A stretch of DNA of 64,000 nucleotides from an uncultured Candidatus Saccharibacteria bacterium (GTDB taxonomy: Bacteria > Patescibacteriota > Doudnabacteria > UBA920): contig CAZHIA010000005.1 in the NCBI GenBank assembly GCA_964532425.1, positions 2,772 through 66,771 of the forward strand, read 5' to 3'. A model generated the notes under the pieces. That model was not told the DNA's origin. It saw only the letters and a program-made list of their open reading frames with translations, and searched no databases. The translations under genes were made by a program, and so were the position numbers. Position 1 is the stretch's first letter; every line of letters starts with the position of its first letter. This document shows positions 53,301 to 62,926 of the stretch, piece after piece.

Positions 53301-55088
53301 ATGACAGCATTTCAAAAAACTGTGTTCGCAGCGGTGTTTGTGCTCGCCTTGTTTTTTAGGTTCGATCAGATCCAGCTTATGCCCGGCGGACTGTTTCCAG
53401 ATGAAGCGGCGAACGGGCTGGATATCAATTTAATGCAGCAGGGCCATCTGCAGCCGTTCTATGAACGAGGGAACGGCCGTGAGGCGCTGTTCTTTTATTT
53501 GGAGTGGGCCAGCGTGGCTGCTTTTGGCAAAGGCCCCTGGCAGCATCATATTGTTTCTGCGGCGATCGGAGTCATGTCTGTTGTGCTGTGCTATTTCGTA
53601 ACATACCGCCTGTTCATGATGGACGTGTTGCCGGGGGACGAGAAGAAGAAGCGGCGCGCAATTAATATTGCCCTGCTTGCCATGTTTCTCATGGCGGTCA
53701 GTAGCTGGCACACGGTACTATCGCGCACAGCTTTTCGGGCGACCATGATCCCACTCATGTCAGCGTTAACGATATACTTCCTGCTCAGAACTTACCAGGC
53801 ATCCACCACTAAGGCTCGTTTCTGGTTTGCAGCCTTGAGCGGGGCCAGCTTTGCGTTAGGATTCTATACGTATATCGCTTTCCGCATCATGGCGCCGATT
53901 ATCGTAATGGCATTAATCTGGCCCTGGCTGTCAACGCTCAAGACGCGAGCTTTCATGACTGCGGTCAAGCGGTACGTTATGCCGGCAATGATGTTCGTTG
54001 TGGCATTCATTATTTTCTTCTACCCACTCGGCAAATACTTTGTTACTCACCCCGATTCATTTGTCGGACGCAGCGGGCAGGTTTCGGTCTTTAATCCTGA
54101 ACTGTATACGGTTAACGGCGTGCAGCTGCATGGCACCCCTCCCCTCTCTACGGTACTACAGGCTATGGGTGAGGTTTTTAAAACTACCATGTTCGGGTTC
54201 TTCACGCACGGCGATCTGAACTGGCGGCATAATATTTCAGGTTACCCATTCCTCTCACCGCTGGTCAGCCCGTTTTTTGCCCTAGGACTGGCGGGGTGCA
54301 CCATTTTTGCAATCTGGTATTTTATTGCACCGGTCAAGCGCAGGGAATGGTGGAAGTTTTATCTGCTTTTTGGGTGGTTCTTTGGCATGCTCCTGCCGGT
54401 CATCACCACGGCAGAAGGCATTCCGCATGGATTGCGAACCATCGGCGTCATTCCCGCCGTATTCATCCTTGCCGCTTGGGCACTCTATGAGTTCAGCGGA
54501 CTACTGCTCAAGCTGCACCGCCGTATTTGGGAAAAGTGCTGGTGCCATTTCGGCAAGCACTATCCGTATGACGAAGAGGTTATGCAAAGCCGGAACCTCG
54601 CTATAAACAGCCACCACTGTACCCGCTATAGGGTCATGAACTGGCTCTTGGTTCTGGTGGTTGTCTGTTACGGTGCGGCGCTTGTGGTTCAAACCTATTC
54701 TCTATACTTTGTGTATGCTGCAAATTCGCCGGAAAATTTCTTTTACTTCCGTTCGGACCTTACAGAAGTAAGCCAGTATCTCGTCAACCGCTGCAAAAAA
54801 GATTCGACGTACCTGGTGCTCGACAAGTTTTCGGTGCAGACCACGGATTATCTGACGAGCGACCCGCACGGTAATTTTAATAGTCCCTGCAACGTCCCCT
54901 ACCGCCAGGTCGATCCGGAAAATGCGTGGCAGCTGCAAGATCTTAAACCTGGCGACGCCGTCGTGTTTACGCAGTCGTCAGTGTTCGATACCGTCAAATT
55001 CAAACAGTATCATCCGGAAATGCACCTGACCCTGGAGGAACGAAATAAATTCAAACAGGCGGTCATGGCCGTGTATGAGATGAAGTGA
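53301..55088 (+). CDS. GT39/GT83-like membrane glycosyltransferase (ArnT/PMT family)
   Basis: N-terminal FPDEAANG (DE motif) and polytopic membrane topology. Confidence 0.65.
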   Translation: MTAFQKTVFAAVFVLALFFRFDQIQLMPGGLFPDEAANGLDINLMQQGHLQPFYERGNGREALFFYLEWASVAAFGKGPWQHHIVSAAIGVMSVVLCYFVTYRLFMMDVLPGDEKKKRRAINIALLAMFLMAVSSWHTVLSRTAFRATMIPLMSALTIYFLLRTYQASTTKARFWFAALSGASFALGFYTYIAFRIMAPIIVMALIWPWLSTLKTRAFMTAVKRYVMPAMMFVVAFIIFFYPLGKYFVTHPDSFVGRSGQVSVFNPELYTVNGVQLHGTPPLSTVLQAMGEVFKTTMFGFFTHGDLNWRHNISGYPFLSPLVSPFFALGLAGCTIFAIWYFIAPVKRREWWKFYLLFGWFFGMLLPVITTAEGIPHGLRTIGVIPAVFILAAWALYEFSGLLLKLHRRIWEKCWCHFGKHYPYDEEVMQSRNLAINSHHCTRYRVMNWLLVLVVVCYGAALVVQTYSLYFVYAANSPENFFYFRSDLTEVSQYLVNRCKKDSTYLVLDKFSVQTTDYLTSDPHGNFNSPCNVPYRQVDPENAWQLQDLKPGDAVVFTQSSVFDTVKFKQYHPEMHLTLEERNKFKQAVMAVYEMK

Positions 55089-55196
55089 CGAAGGGGCAAA
55101 CAAATGACATTTGACAATTAATAATTGACTCGTGCTCGTGAGGGCAGTGCCCCATAAGGCTGCCCTCACATTCCTGCAACCTGAAATCAATATCCT

Positions 55197-56786
55197 ATGT
55201 TAAAAAAATATTGGCCACTCTTTGGTTCGCTCATCGTAGCAGCTATCATCAGGATCCAGCATTTAACTTCTATCAGCCTTTGGCACGATGAGGCATTCTC
55301 AGCTCTTTTGATCAGATATCCCTGGGGAGAGATGATGCACCGCATAGGCCTTGATGTACATCCGCCGATGTACTATATCTTTTTGCGCTTTTGGCATTAC
55401 GCCTTTGGTGATTCCATGTGGTCACTTCGGGGTTTTTCGGCGCTTTTCGGGATTTTGACGGTTTTTGCGGTATGGCTCCTAGTTAAAGAGGCCTTTAAAA
55501 GCGAAAAAATGGCCTTTTGGGCGGCCTTTTTAGCCGCTCTGAGCCCATTTCAGGCCGAGTACGTGACTGAGGCCAGAATGTATACTATGGGGGCATTTTT
55601 CGCAGTCTTGTCCGCATACTTTCTAGTAAAAGCTCTGCATGACCAAAAGCTGCTGGCTGCAGATGACCGACTCCATATACCGAACCTGCCGCAGGACATC
55701 AAACTCAAGCGCATGATGCGCCTGAACTATCTCGGGTATGCGGTTTCTACCGCCGTCATTATCCTGACCCACTACTACCTGCTGTTCACTGCCGCAGCAA
55801 TCGGTTTGTACGGATTAGTCTACGCCGTTTTTCATTTCAGGCACGACATAAAAAAGTATGCAGAACTGTTTGCGGCATATATCCTAATCGGCCTGGCGTT
55901 CCTCCCCTGGCTGAAGGTTTTCCTGTTCCAATACCGACAGGTAGGGGCAGGTTACTGGATTCCGAAGACGACGTTTTGGAGCATCCCTGATACGCTGTGG
56001 ACCATGCTTTTAAATTTCACCCATGACGTCAACAATCACACAACGCAAAAGTTGTTGTTGCTCGTAGCCCTGTTTTCTATTTACTTCCTTATCGAATTCT
56101 TGCGCAAGACGCAGCAGTTTGAAAAGTGGCTGGTGGTACTCGCTTTGCTTGCTCCGTTCGGCGGCGCATTCCTGTTCGAAGTTTTAGCACGCATGAAAGG
56201 CAGCACCAGCTCGGTCTATCAGGTTCGATATTTTCTGTTTGCCAGCACATTCTATACCATCGCCTTAGCTGCCTGGTTGTCGCAGATAAAGACCAAAGCA
56301 ATTGGTATAACATTGCTCGGTTTGTATGCGATAACGAATGTCACCGCGATTTATAACTACTGGCATCAGCTGAACGTCTCTAGCAGGCCGGGCATGAACG
56401 CCGCTGCTAAATATCTTGGCGCAAATGTCGAACCGGGCCAGCACGTTTTTTTGGGAACGTCGTTTGAATTTTTCAACTACAAGTATTACGCGCAAACATA
56501 TTATAAGATCCCTACTCGTCCGCAGCTGTACACTGGCGGTCGGGCGCAAGCCAGCCAGATGTCCCACGTGGAAGGCTCCGCTATTTTAGCCGATTTCGAT
56601 TTAGTGCCCGATTTCCAGCAAGCGACCACAAACAGCGACACGGTATGGCTGGTATGGACCTACGCCTTTGGATCCAACAAGCCCGAGACTCCCAAGAACT
56701 GGGTACAGATCTCAGAAAAAGAATACCCTGACGTAAGGCCATATGTAGGAACGTCGATCTATGTGACGGAGTACAGGGTCAATTAA
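55197..56786 (+). CDS. second GT39/ArnT-like membrane glycosyltransferase
   Basis: WHDEAF motif and polytopic topology. Confidence 0.65.
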   Translation: MLKKYWPLFGSLIVAAIIRIQHLTSISLWHDEAFSALLIRYPWGEMMHRIGLDVHPPMYYIFLRFWHYAFGDSMWSLRGFSALFGILTVFAVWLLVKEAFKSEKMAFWAAFLAALSPFQAEYVTEARMYTMGAFFAVLSAYFLVKALHDQKLLAADDRLHIPNLPQDIKLKRMMRLNYLGYAVSTAVIILTHYYLLFTAAAIGLYGLVYAVFHFRHDIKKYAELFAAYILIGLAFLPWLKVFLFQYRQVGAGYWIPKTTFWSIPDTLWTMLLNFTHDVNNHTTQKLLLLVALFSIYFLIEFLRKTQQFEKWLVVLALLAPFGGAFLFEVLARMKGSTSSVYQVRYFLFASTFYTIALAAWLSQIKTKAIGITLLGLYAITNVTAIYNYWHQLNVSSRPGMNAAAKYLGANVEPGQHVFLGTSFEFFNYKYYAQTYYKIPTRPQLYTGGRAQASQMSHVEGSAILADFDLVPDFQQATTNSDTVWLVWTYAFGSNKPETPKNWVQISEKEYPDVRPYVGTSIYVTEYRVN

Positions 56787-56992
56787 AAAATAGAAATATT
56801 AAACGGCCCCGTGCGGGGCCGTTTGGTTACATGCAATTCACTGTAATTGAGCGATCGGCTCAGTTATGGTGAATTGATTTTTCGACGGAAAAGCCTTTCA
56901 GATGGCCTAAAAAAAACTTTATAAATATGCGAAAATTGCGGTTGACTGCTTGCCTTAGGCCTCCTATAATGACCGTGCTTTAAAGGAGGCAT

Positions 56993-57724
56993 ATGGAACA
57001 CACTGCTTTGCTGGAAATGAAACGGTCAGCGAAATCCTTTGACCGTCAGGCAATTGAGCGATACCGGAGCGGTCTGCAAACCGCGCAGGACACAATCAGT
57101 GTTCAGAAAGAGATGATGAAAGGCTTGCTTGGTATCGAACGCAGGGCTCAACAAAAGCTCAAGGCCAACATTCAATCGATCCAGGAGAACACCAGGCGCA
57201 TCGAGCCGTTTACGGCACTGGCCGAAAAATACAGCCGGTTGAGTCTTCAGCCATTGAAATTGCGGGACCAATCCGGCTGGCCCAAGCTTGTCGTTTTCAG
57301 CCTTGAAGCTTCGCGCTTCTCTTTGGGTTGCGTTTGCACCACGGACGGCTGGAGCGGCAGCGCAAGCTTCCGTCGCAGGGTAATGCCGGCTAAGCTTCCT
57401 TCAAAGATCGTAGAGTGCTATGACGACGTACTCAGGAAGCTGGCGCAAATGAGCAGGAGTGCCGGCAGATCGGTCTCCATCACGTGCGAGTTTGACGGGA
57501 TCATCCCGGCCGATGTCAAGGTGAAAATTCTGGAAAGCAAGAAAGACTTCCAGCAGATTTTCATCATCGCAGAGTCAACGGGGTTTGTCGTAGAACAAAA
57601 AGCGCCGACGATCATCCAAAGGGATCCTATAGTTGCCGGTTTTGACGGAAACGATCTGTGGCTGATCGCCGACTTTGACACAACTCCGGTCGAAGAGGGT
57701 ATGATCTTCACGGTTCCCGAGTAG
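56993..57724 (+). CDS. hypothetical protein (243 aa)
   Basis: Strong SD AAGGAGG 3 nt before ATG. Confidence 0.55.
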   Translation: MEHTALLEMKRSAKSFDRQAIERYRSGLQTAQDTISVQKEMMKGLLGIERRAQQKLKANIQSIQENTRRIEPFTALAEKYSRLSLQPLKLRDQSGWPKLVVFSLEASRFSLGCVCTTDGWSGSASFRRRVMPAKLPSKIVECYDDVLRKLAQMSRSAGRSVSITCEFDGIIPADVKVKILESKKDFQQIFIIAESTGFVVEQKAPTIIQRDPIVAGFDGNDLWLIADFDTTPVEEGMIFTVPE

Positions 57725-57814
57725 GCGCCTAAGCGCGCAATCAAAACTCCCCGGAATATATTTCCCGGGGAGTTTTCTGCTTTTTACTATTCACTATTCA
57801 CTATTCGCTGGTTC

Positions 57815-58495
57815 CTATTCTATCGTCGTTCCAATATACGCCTTGCCTTTTAATATATTTTCCAGGTTCTTAAGGTTTGTCCCGTTAGCCACAATCACGC
57901 GCTGTTTGTTCTTCTGGGCTGTTTTGGCCGCAGTCGGATCGAATGGAGTTTTTCTGCCAGGCTCCCACTGGCCGCCAAAACGAGTATTGAATTCTTTCCA
58001 GGTCAGGCGTTCAATCTTCTGCGCGTCCGGAAACTCTTTGGGATTTTTATCATACACATAATCTACATCGCTCAAATTGACGATCGTGGTCGCACTGTAG
58101 GCCTTGGCAAGCCTGACTGCATCATCATCCGTGCTCCGGCCCGGCTTCCAGCCGCCAGCGATTAACACTTTTTCCTTGAACGCGACTTTACTATTCGGGT
58201 CTTCCACGATAGTCTTGTGCGCGAGCTTGCCAAACGCCAATCTGACCAGCTGGGCGTTGAACCGGGTCGCAAAAATTCCCATCCAATCCAATTCATCATT
58301 GGAAGCCTTAATGAGGCCAGATAAGGCTGTTTGATACTCACGTGCCGGCTTGCCTCCACCGATAATCAGAATGAACCGGTCCCCTGTCCTGGCGAGTTTC
58401 TCGATCAGCTGTTTGAAATTTTTTATGAAGGATGTGTCTATTTGCCCTGGGTTCACAAGCGAACCGCCTACGGAAATGACAAATGTGTTTTTCAT
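57815..58495 (-). CDS. pyrH: amino-acid-kinase-family protein, probable UMP kinase
   Basis: VISVGGSLV...IIGGG...VANGTN fits the PyrH-like fold. The length (226 aa) fits the short (archaeal-type) UMP kinases. Confidence 0.55.
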   Translation of the reverse strand: MKNTFVISVGGSLVNPGQIDTSFIKNFKQLIEKLARTGDRFILIIGGGKPAREYQTALSGLIKASNDELDWMGIFATRFNAQLVRLAFGKLAHKTIVEDPNSKVAFKEKVLIAGGWKPGRSTDDDAVRLAKAYSATTIVNLSDVDYVYDKNPKEFPDAQKIERLTWKEFNTRFGGQWEPGRKTPFDPTAAKTAQKNKQRVIVANGTNLKNLENILKGKAYIGTTIE

Positions 58496-59511
58496 GGTGT
58501 GCTAGTGGCTTTAATTTCTATAGTATCTACAGTGGATGATGCCGCAGTGAGCGGCGGAGCCGCTATCTGCGTGCAGCTGCTTCCTTTGGTGCACAGGTAT
58601 CCCCTGTTGTTAAACCGCATATCAATGTAATCATAATTGTTTTTTTGGTCATCAGGCAAGTTGGCATAGAGCAGCCGCAAATTCGCCAGAACTTTTTCCA
58701 TATCACTCTTGCGATCAAAGAGCAATCGCCTGTTATTCGGCAGGTTGGCGGTAATATCAATACTATCGGCATTTTCCAGGGAGAATGATGCCACTTGCGA
58801 ACCGATAATGGCCGGGAGCCGGGTATTGAGCGTCTGTAGCAGGCCTGCCAGATCGTCTGCCACAAAATGACTGTTCAGGAATAACGACTCCTCGCCAGGG
58901 AGTGTGATGGTAATCAGGCTGCTGTGAGGCGAGGTTGTTGTTGTCGCGGGTACCGATTCCTGAACATACCCGTCGGCTGAGATAATATATTGAGCATCAG
59001 AAGTCCTGGCAAAAAATTTGCTGATTCTCGGCTGGATTGATATTTCTATTGAATTCGGGAACTTTTTTCGGATCGAATTGACTGCAAGAATGCCATTGTC
59101 ATTTTCTTTTAAAAATACAGATAGGTGGTGTTTAGACAGGAATAGGATATTCTGCTGGGCTTTGATCCGATTTTCCGAAAAGTAAGTTTGCACAAGTGCC
59201 TGTACGTCTTTTTGCTCCTGGATCTTAAAACCAGTGACTGTTACCTGTTTGATGAAAAGGAAATTCGGAATGTAGACCGCATAAGCCAGACCAAAAACAA
59301 CAACCAGTATGGCAGCCTTAATATACCAAGGTCCAGGTCCAAGGGTTGCCATAAATCGTTCCATTCGCGATTCCGGCACCACATATGGCTGCCTCCGGTA
59401 GTGACGGGCATTCTCAAGCTGGCGCTTGAAGCCAGTTTGCTGGAAACGAAGTCTGGAATTTGATTTGTTTGAATTCCCGATCATAGTATGCCAATCTACA
59501 GATATGCACAA
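58492..59511 (-). CDS. FtsQ/DivIB-like cell-division protein (TM + POTRA-like VTVTG segment). True start probably internal
   Basis: IKQVTVTGFKIQEQKDVQALV after a TM helix. Lies directly upstream of murF. Confidence 0.5.
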   Translation of the reverse strand: MCISVDWHTMIGNSNKSNSRLRFQQTGFKRQLENARHYRRQPYVVPESRMERFMATLGPGPWYIKAAILVVVFGLAYAVYIPNFLFIKQVTVTGFKIQEQKDVQALVQTYFSENRIKAQQNILFLSKHHLSVFLKENDNGILAVNSIRKKFPNSIEISIQPRISKFFARTSDAQYIISADGYVQESVPATTTTSPHSSLITITLPGEESLFLNSHFVADDLAGLLQTLNTRLPAIIGSQVASFSLENADSIDITANLPNNRRLLFDRKSDMEKVLANLRLLYANLPDDQKNNYDYIDMRFNNRGYLCTKGSSCTQIAAPPLTAASSTVDTIEIKATSTP

Positions 59512-59532
59512 ATATACAGATAACTACAGATT

Positions 59533-59585
59533 TTACTGAACAGTATCTGTAGTTATCTGTATATTTGTTACCATCTATATATCTG
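59533..59585. repeat. perfect 20-bp inverted repeat ATATACAGATAACTACAGAT / ATCTGTAGTTATCTGTATAT with 13-bp spacer
   Basis: Lies between the murF stop and the ftsQ-like start. Confidence 0.6.
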
Positions 59586-59590
59586 CATTA

Positions 59591-60847
59591 TTATTTTATC
59601 CATTTTCCATATTGTCGGCACAGCAGCTCCCCGGCGCGCATAGGTTCAGCCATGATCTCTTTGGTAATTTTTTCCATGCGCATGCCTTGGGAACCCTTGA
59701 TCAAGATCGCCGATTCGGGTACGAGAAGGTTTTGGACCGGGTTTTGTGCCTGCTCTGACGTGTCGAGGCTTACAATATGTTCAGGATCAAACCCTGCGTC
59801 TTTTGCTCCGTCAGCTATGAGCTTGCCGCCCTGGCCGACTGTTATCAACTTGGTGATGCCGCTCTCTGCAACTATCTTGCCGATCTGCCGGTGCGCATCA
59901 TCGCTCAATTGACCGAGCTCGAGCATGTCTCCAAGTACGGCAATTTTGTACGGCTGCGGCATATGCGACAATACGGCAAGTGCGGCTTTGGTCGAATCAG
60001 GCGAGGCATTATACGTATCATCCAGAATGACAGTATGTTTAATGCCCGCTATGGCTTGGAGCCTGCCTGGTACGGGCTTGTACTCAGAAAGACCTCGAAG
60101 CAGCAGGTCGGTTTCGACTTTCAAACTTTCGGCTACTGCAATAGCTGCAAGAGCACTGCTGATATGGGCAGTACCAATGGCTTTGATGGAGGCCTCAATG
60201 CTTCTGGTTGGGGTCTGAACTTGGATCTTTGTGGCAAAGCGGCCGTAATCGGCTTCAGAAGAAACTAGTCTAACCTCTGAACTGCTGGCAGAGCCATACG
60301 CCAAAACTTTGGCTTTTGTTTTACCGCGTTGTCTCGCTGCTGCTTCGTTATCCTCATTGACGATTAAATATTCGTCCGGCTCCAGTACTTCGGCGATCCT
60401 TCCTTTTTCGCGCTCAATAGCTTCATTGCTCTGAAAATACTCATAATGTGAAATGCCGATGGTAGTAATAATCGAGATATGGGGTTTGGCGATGGACAGC
60501 AGATGGTTCATGTCTCCAGGCCTGTCGACGCCTAGTTCTAAAACTAAGACTTCCGGATAAGCATGTGGGAATACCTGTAATGAGACAGACTGGGCGAAAA
60601 ATTTGAGCCAAGCCAAAGGGTTCTTGCCGGGCCAGGCCATGCCGAGAATGGTTAGTGGCAAACCGAACTCGTTGTTAAAATTCTTTTCCGGCCGGCGCGC
60701 CTTGAATTTTTGCGAGACCACGGAGTATATTGCCTCTTTGGCCGAGGTCTTGCCCACGCTGCCCGTTATTCCAATAACAACCGGATTATATTTTTGTATA
60801 GTGGATCTGGCGAAGTAGGCGAGAATATTTTGGATATATTTTTTCAT
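59591..60847 (-). CDS. murF: UDP-MurNAc-tripeptide--D-Ala-D-Ala ligase
   Basis: GITGSVGKTS P-loop and Mur ligase domain order. Confidence 0.85.
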   Translation of the reverse strand: MKKYIQNILAYFARSTIQKYNPVVIGITGSVGKTSAKEAIYSVVSQKFKARRPEKNFNNEFGLPLTILGMAWPGKNPLAWLKFFAQSVSLQVFPHAYPEVLVLELGVDRPGDMNHLLSIAKPHISIITTIGISHYEYFQSNEAIEREKGRIAEVLEPDEYLIVNEDNEAAARQRGKTKAKVLAYGSASSSEVRLVSSEADYGRFATKIQVQTPTRSIEASIKAIGTAHISSALAAIAVAESLKVETDLLLRGLSEYKPVPGRLQAIAGIKHTVILDDTYNASPDSTKAALAVLSHMPQPYKIAVLGDMLELGQLSDDAHRQIGKIVAESGITKLITVGQGGKLIADGAKDAGFDPEHIVSLDTSEQAQNPVQNLLVPESAILIKGSQGMRMEKITKEIMAEPMRAGELLCRQYGKWIK

Positions 60848-60949
60848 AAAAATTAGTTCTCTCGCGGATATGCGGATAACACGGACTTCGCGGTCATCGG
60901 CGGTATCTGCGAAGTCCGTGTATCCGTGAGATAACTACTTTACTAAATT

Positions 60950-62290
60950 TTATTTCTTAATCACATCTTTGCCTACAAACGGTTTCAGTACGTCCGGTAC
61001 CACGACTGATCCGTCCTGCTGCTGGTAGTTTTCGAGGATGGCAATCAGAATCCGAGGGCTGGCAATAACGGTGTTATTCAGCGTGAAGACATGTTTGGTT
61101 TTGCCGTCTTGAGTCTTATATTTGATGTTCAAGCGGCGGGCCTGCCAGTCAGTGAGATTTGAATCCGAGTGTGTCTCGCTGAAGGCATTTCTCGACGGCA
61201 TCCAGGTCTCAAGATCGTACATCTTGTACTTGCCCGCACCCATATCTCCCGTGCAAATATTCAAGACGCGGTACGGGAGCTTCAAATCCTGCAGCATTTC
61301 TTCCGCAATCTCACGAAGCGTTTCCAGCCACTTGTCGCCTTCAAGAATATCGGCTTTGCAGAGAATGACTTGTTCGACTTTCATGAATTCATGCACGCGG
61401 TAAATACCCTTGGTGTCCTTGCCGTAGCTGCCGATCTCGCCGCGAAAACAAGGCGAGACTCCGCAGAGCCGGACAGGCAGATCTTTTTCTTCCAGGGTCG
61501 TGTCAGCATAATAAGCTAGCAGGCTCGGCTCAGAGGTACCAGCCAGATACGTTGGTTCGGTTACTCCTTTTTGGATTTCTTCCTCCGTAAGTACTTGGTA
61601 CTGGTCAGCTTTGCCAAACGGAAAATGACCGCTGCCATAGAAGGCGAAGGGTTTATCGAGGATCGGCGGTACCATGAGCGTAAAACCTTTAGCCTGCATT
61701 TTCTTTAAGGCATGCCAAATCAGGCCATACTGCATGAGCACAGCTTCATTTTTGAGATAATAACCCCGAAAACCTGCTGTTTTAACCCCGGCTTCGGTAT
61801 CGATAAGATCGAGCGCTTTACCGAGCGTCATGTGGTCTTTAATCTCGTAGTCGAACTTATTCGGTACCTGTTTGACCTTCTCTTCTTCTTTGGGGTCGAC
61901 ATGGCCTAAAGCAGGGCTCCAGTAGCTCCACGGGACATTGCCGGTTTCGTCTGGACCGATCGGGGTTTCCGGACTCGGAATGTTCGGAACCAAGTACATA
62001 AGGTTATCGAATTCAAGCTCAATTTCGTCCACCTTCTTTTTAAGTTCCGTGGTTTTGGTATCGACTTCCTTCATTTCTAAGAGTTTAGCCTGGCGGTCTT
62101 CGGGGGAGAGTTTGCCAATCTCTTTGGAAAATTGATTCTTAGCTGCCTGCAGGCTTTCCAGTTCCGTGAGCAGGTCGCGCCGTTTTACGTCAACATCGAG
62201 CAGGTGGTCAATGTCAAGATCGATTCGTTTGTTCTTAACAGCTTCTTTGACTTTGTCCGGATTATCGCGGACGAATTTAATGTCTAACAT
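60950..62290 (-). CDS. serS: seryl-tRNA synthetase
   Basis: N-terminal coiled-coil arm and class II motifs 1-3. Confidence 0.9.
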   Translation of the reverse strand: MLDIKFVRDNPDKVKEAVKNKRIDLDIDHLLDVDVKRRDLLTELESLQAAKNQFSKEIGKLSPEDRQAKLLEMKEVDTKTTELKKKVDEIELEFDNLMYLVPNIPSPETPIGPDETGNVPWSYWSPALGHVDPKEEEKVKQVPNKFDYEIKDHMTLGKALDLIDTEAGVKTAGFRGYYLKNEAVLMQYGLIWHALKKMQAKGFTLMVPPILDKPFAFYGSGHFPFGKADQYQVLTEEEIQKGVTEPTYLAGTSEPSLLAYYADTTLEEKDLPVRLCGVSPCFRGEIGSYGKDTKGIYRVHEFMKVEQVILCKADILEGDKWLETLREIAEEMLQDLKLPYRVLNICTGDMGAGKYKMYDLETWMPSRNAFSETHSDSNLTDWQARRLNIKYKTQDGKTKHVFTLNNTVIASPRILIAILENYQQQDGSVVVPDVLKPFVGKDVIKK

Positions 62291-62426
62291 AGTAAGTAGA
62301 AAGTTATCAAGTTATAAAGTAGAAAGAGAAAACAGAATAAAATAATTCAAAATTATTCCCCCACAGGGGAGGTGCGGTCTTTGATTTCGGTTGGAGAAAG
62401 AGTTAGGTTCATGTTGATATACTCGA

Positions 62427-62867
62427 TCACAAATTGAGAAGCTCAACAACTTGTTCGCCTTTTTTGAGCAATGTATAGTTTTGAAGTTCGGAAATTGGGA
62501 TATATCGGAGCTCTGCTATTTTACTGTCAAACTTGTTGGTGTGTAGTTGTCCGCCGATAGCTTTGCATTCATAGCATGCAATGATGGTCTGAATCTGCTC
62601 TCCGGTGTTCTTGGTCCAATTGTTCGTTAAGATTTTGGGGAGCAATCTTATAATCTCCACCTCAAGTCCAGTTTCTTCCTTGGCCTCGCGTATAACGGCA
62701 TCCTCGGGTATCTCGCCAAACTCGATCTTTCCCCCGACAAATTCCCAGGTGTCATGTGCTTCGGAAATGTCAGGATCGATCCTCCGCGCAAGTAGCAAGT
62801 CCCCCTGATCGTTCCGGATTACCGCAATGACAATGGGGATTAGCTTTTGTTCCGTGGTGGAATTCAT
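62427..62867 (-). CDS. NUDIX hydrolase
   Basis: Nudix box GGKIEFGEIPEDAVIREAKEETGL. Confidence 0.8.
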   Translation of the reverse strand: MNSTTEQKLIPIVIAVIRNDQGDLLLARRIDPDISEAHDTWEFVGGKIEFGEIPEDAVIREAKEETGLEVEIIRLLPKILTNNWTKNTGEQIQTIIACYECKAIGGQLHTNKFDSKIAELRYIPISELQNYTLLKKGEQVVELLNL

Positions 62868-62926
62868 GGGTTAAGTAGGATAGATAGGACTTATAGGATG
62901 AATAGAATGCATAAGACTTATTGGCC

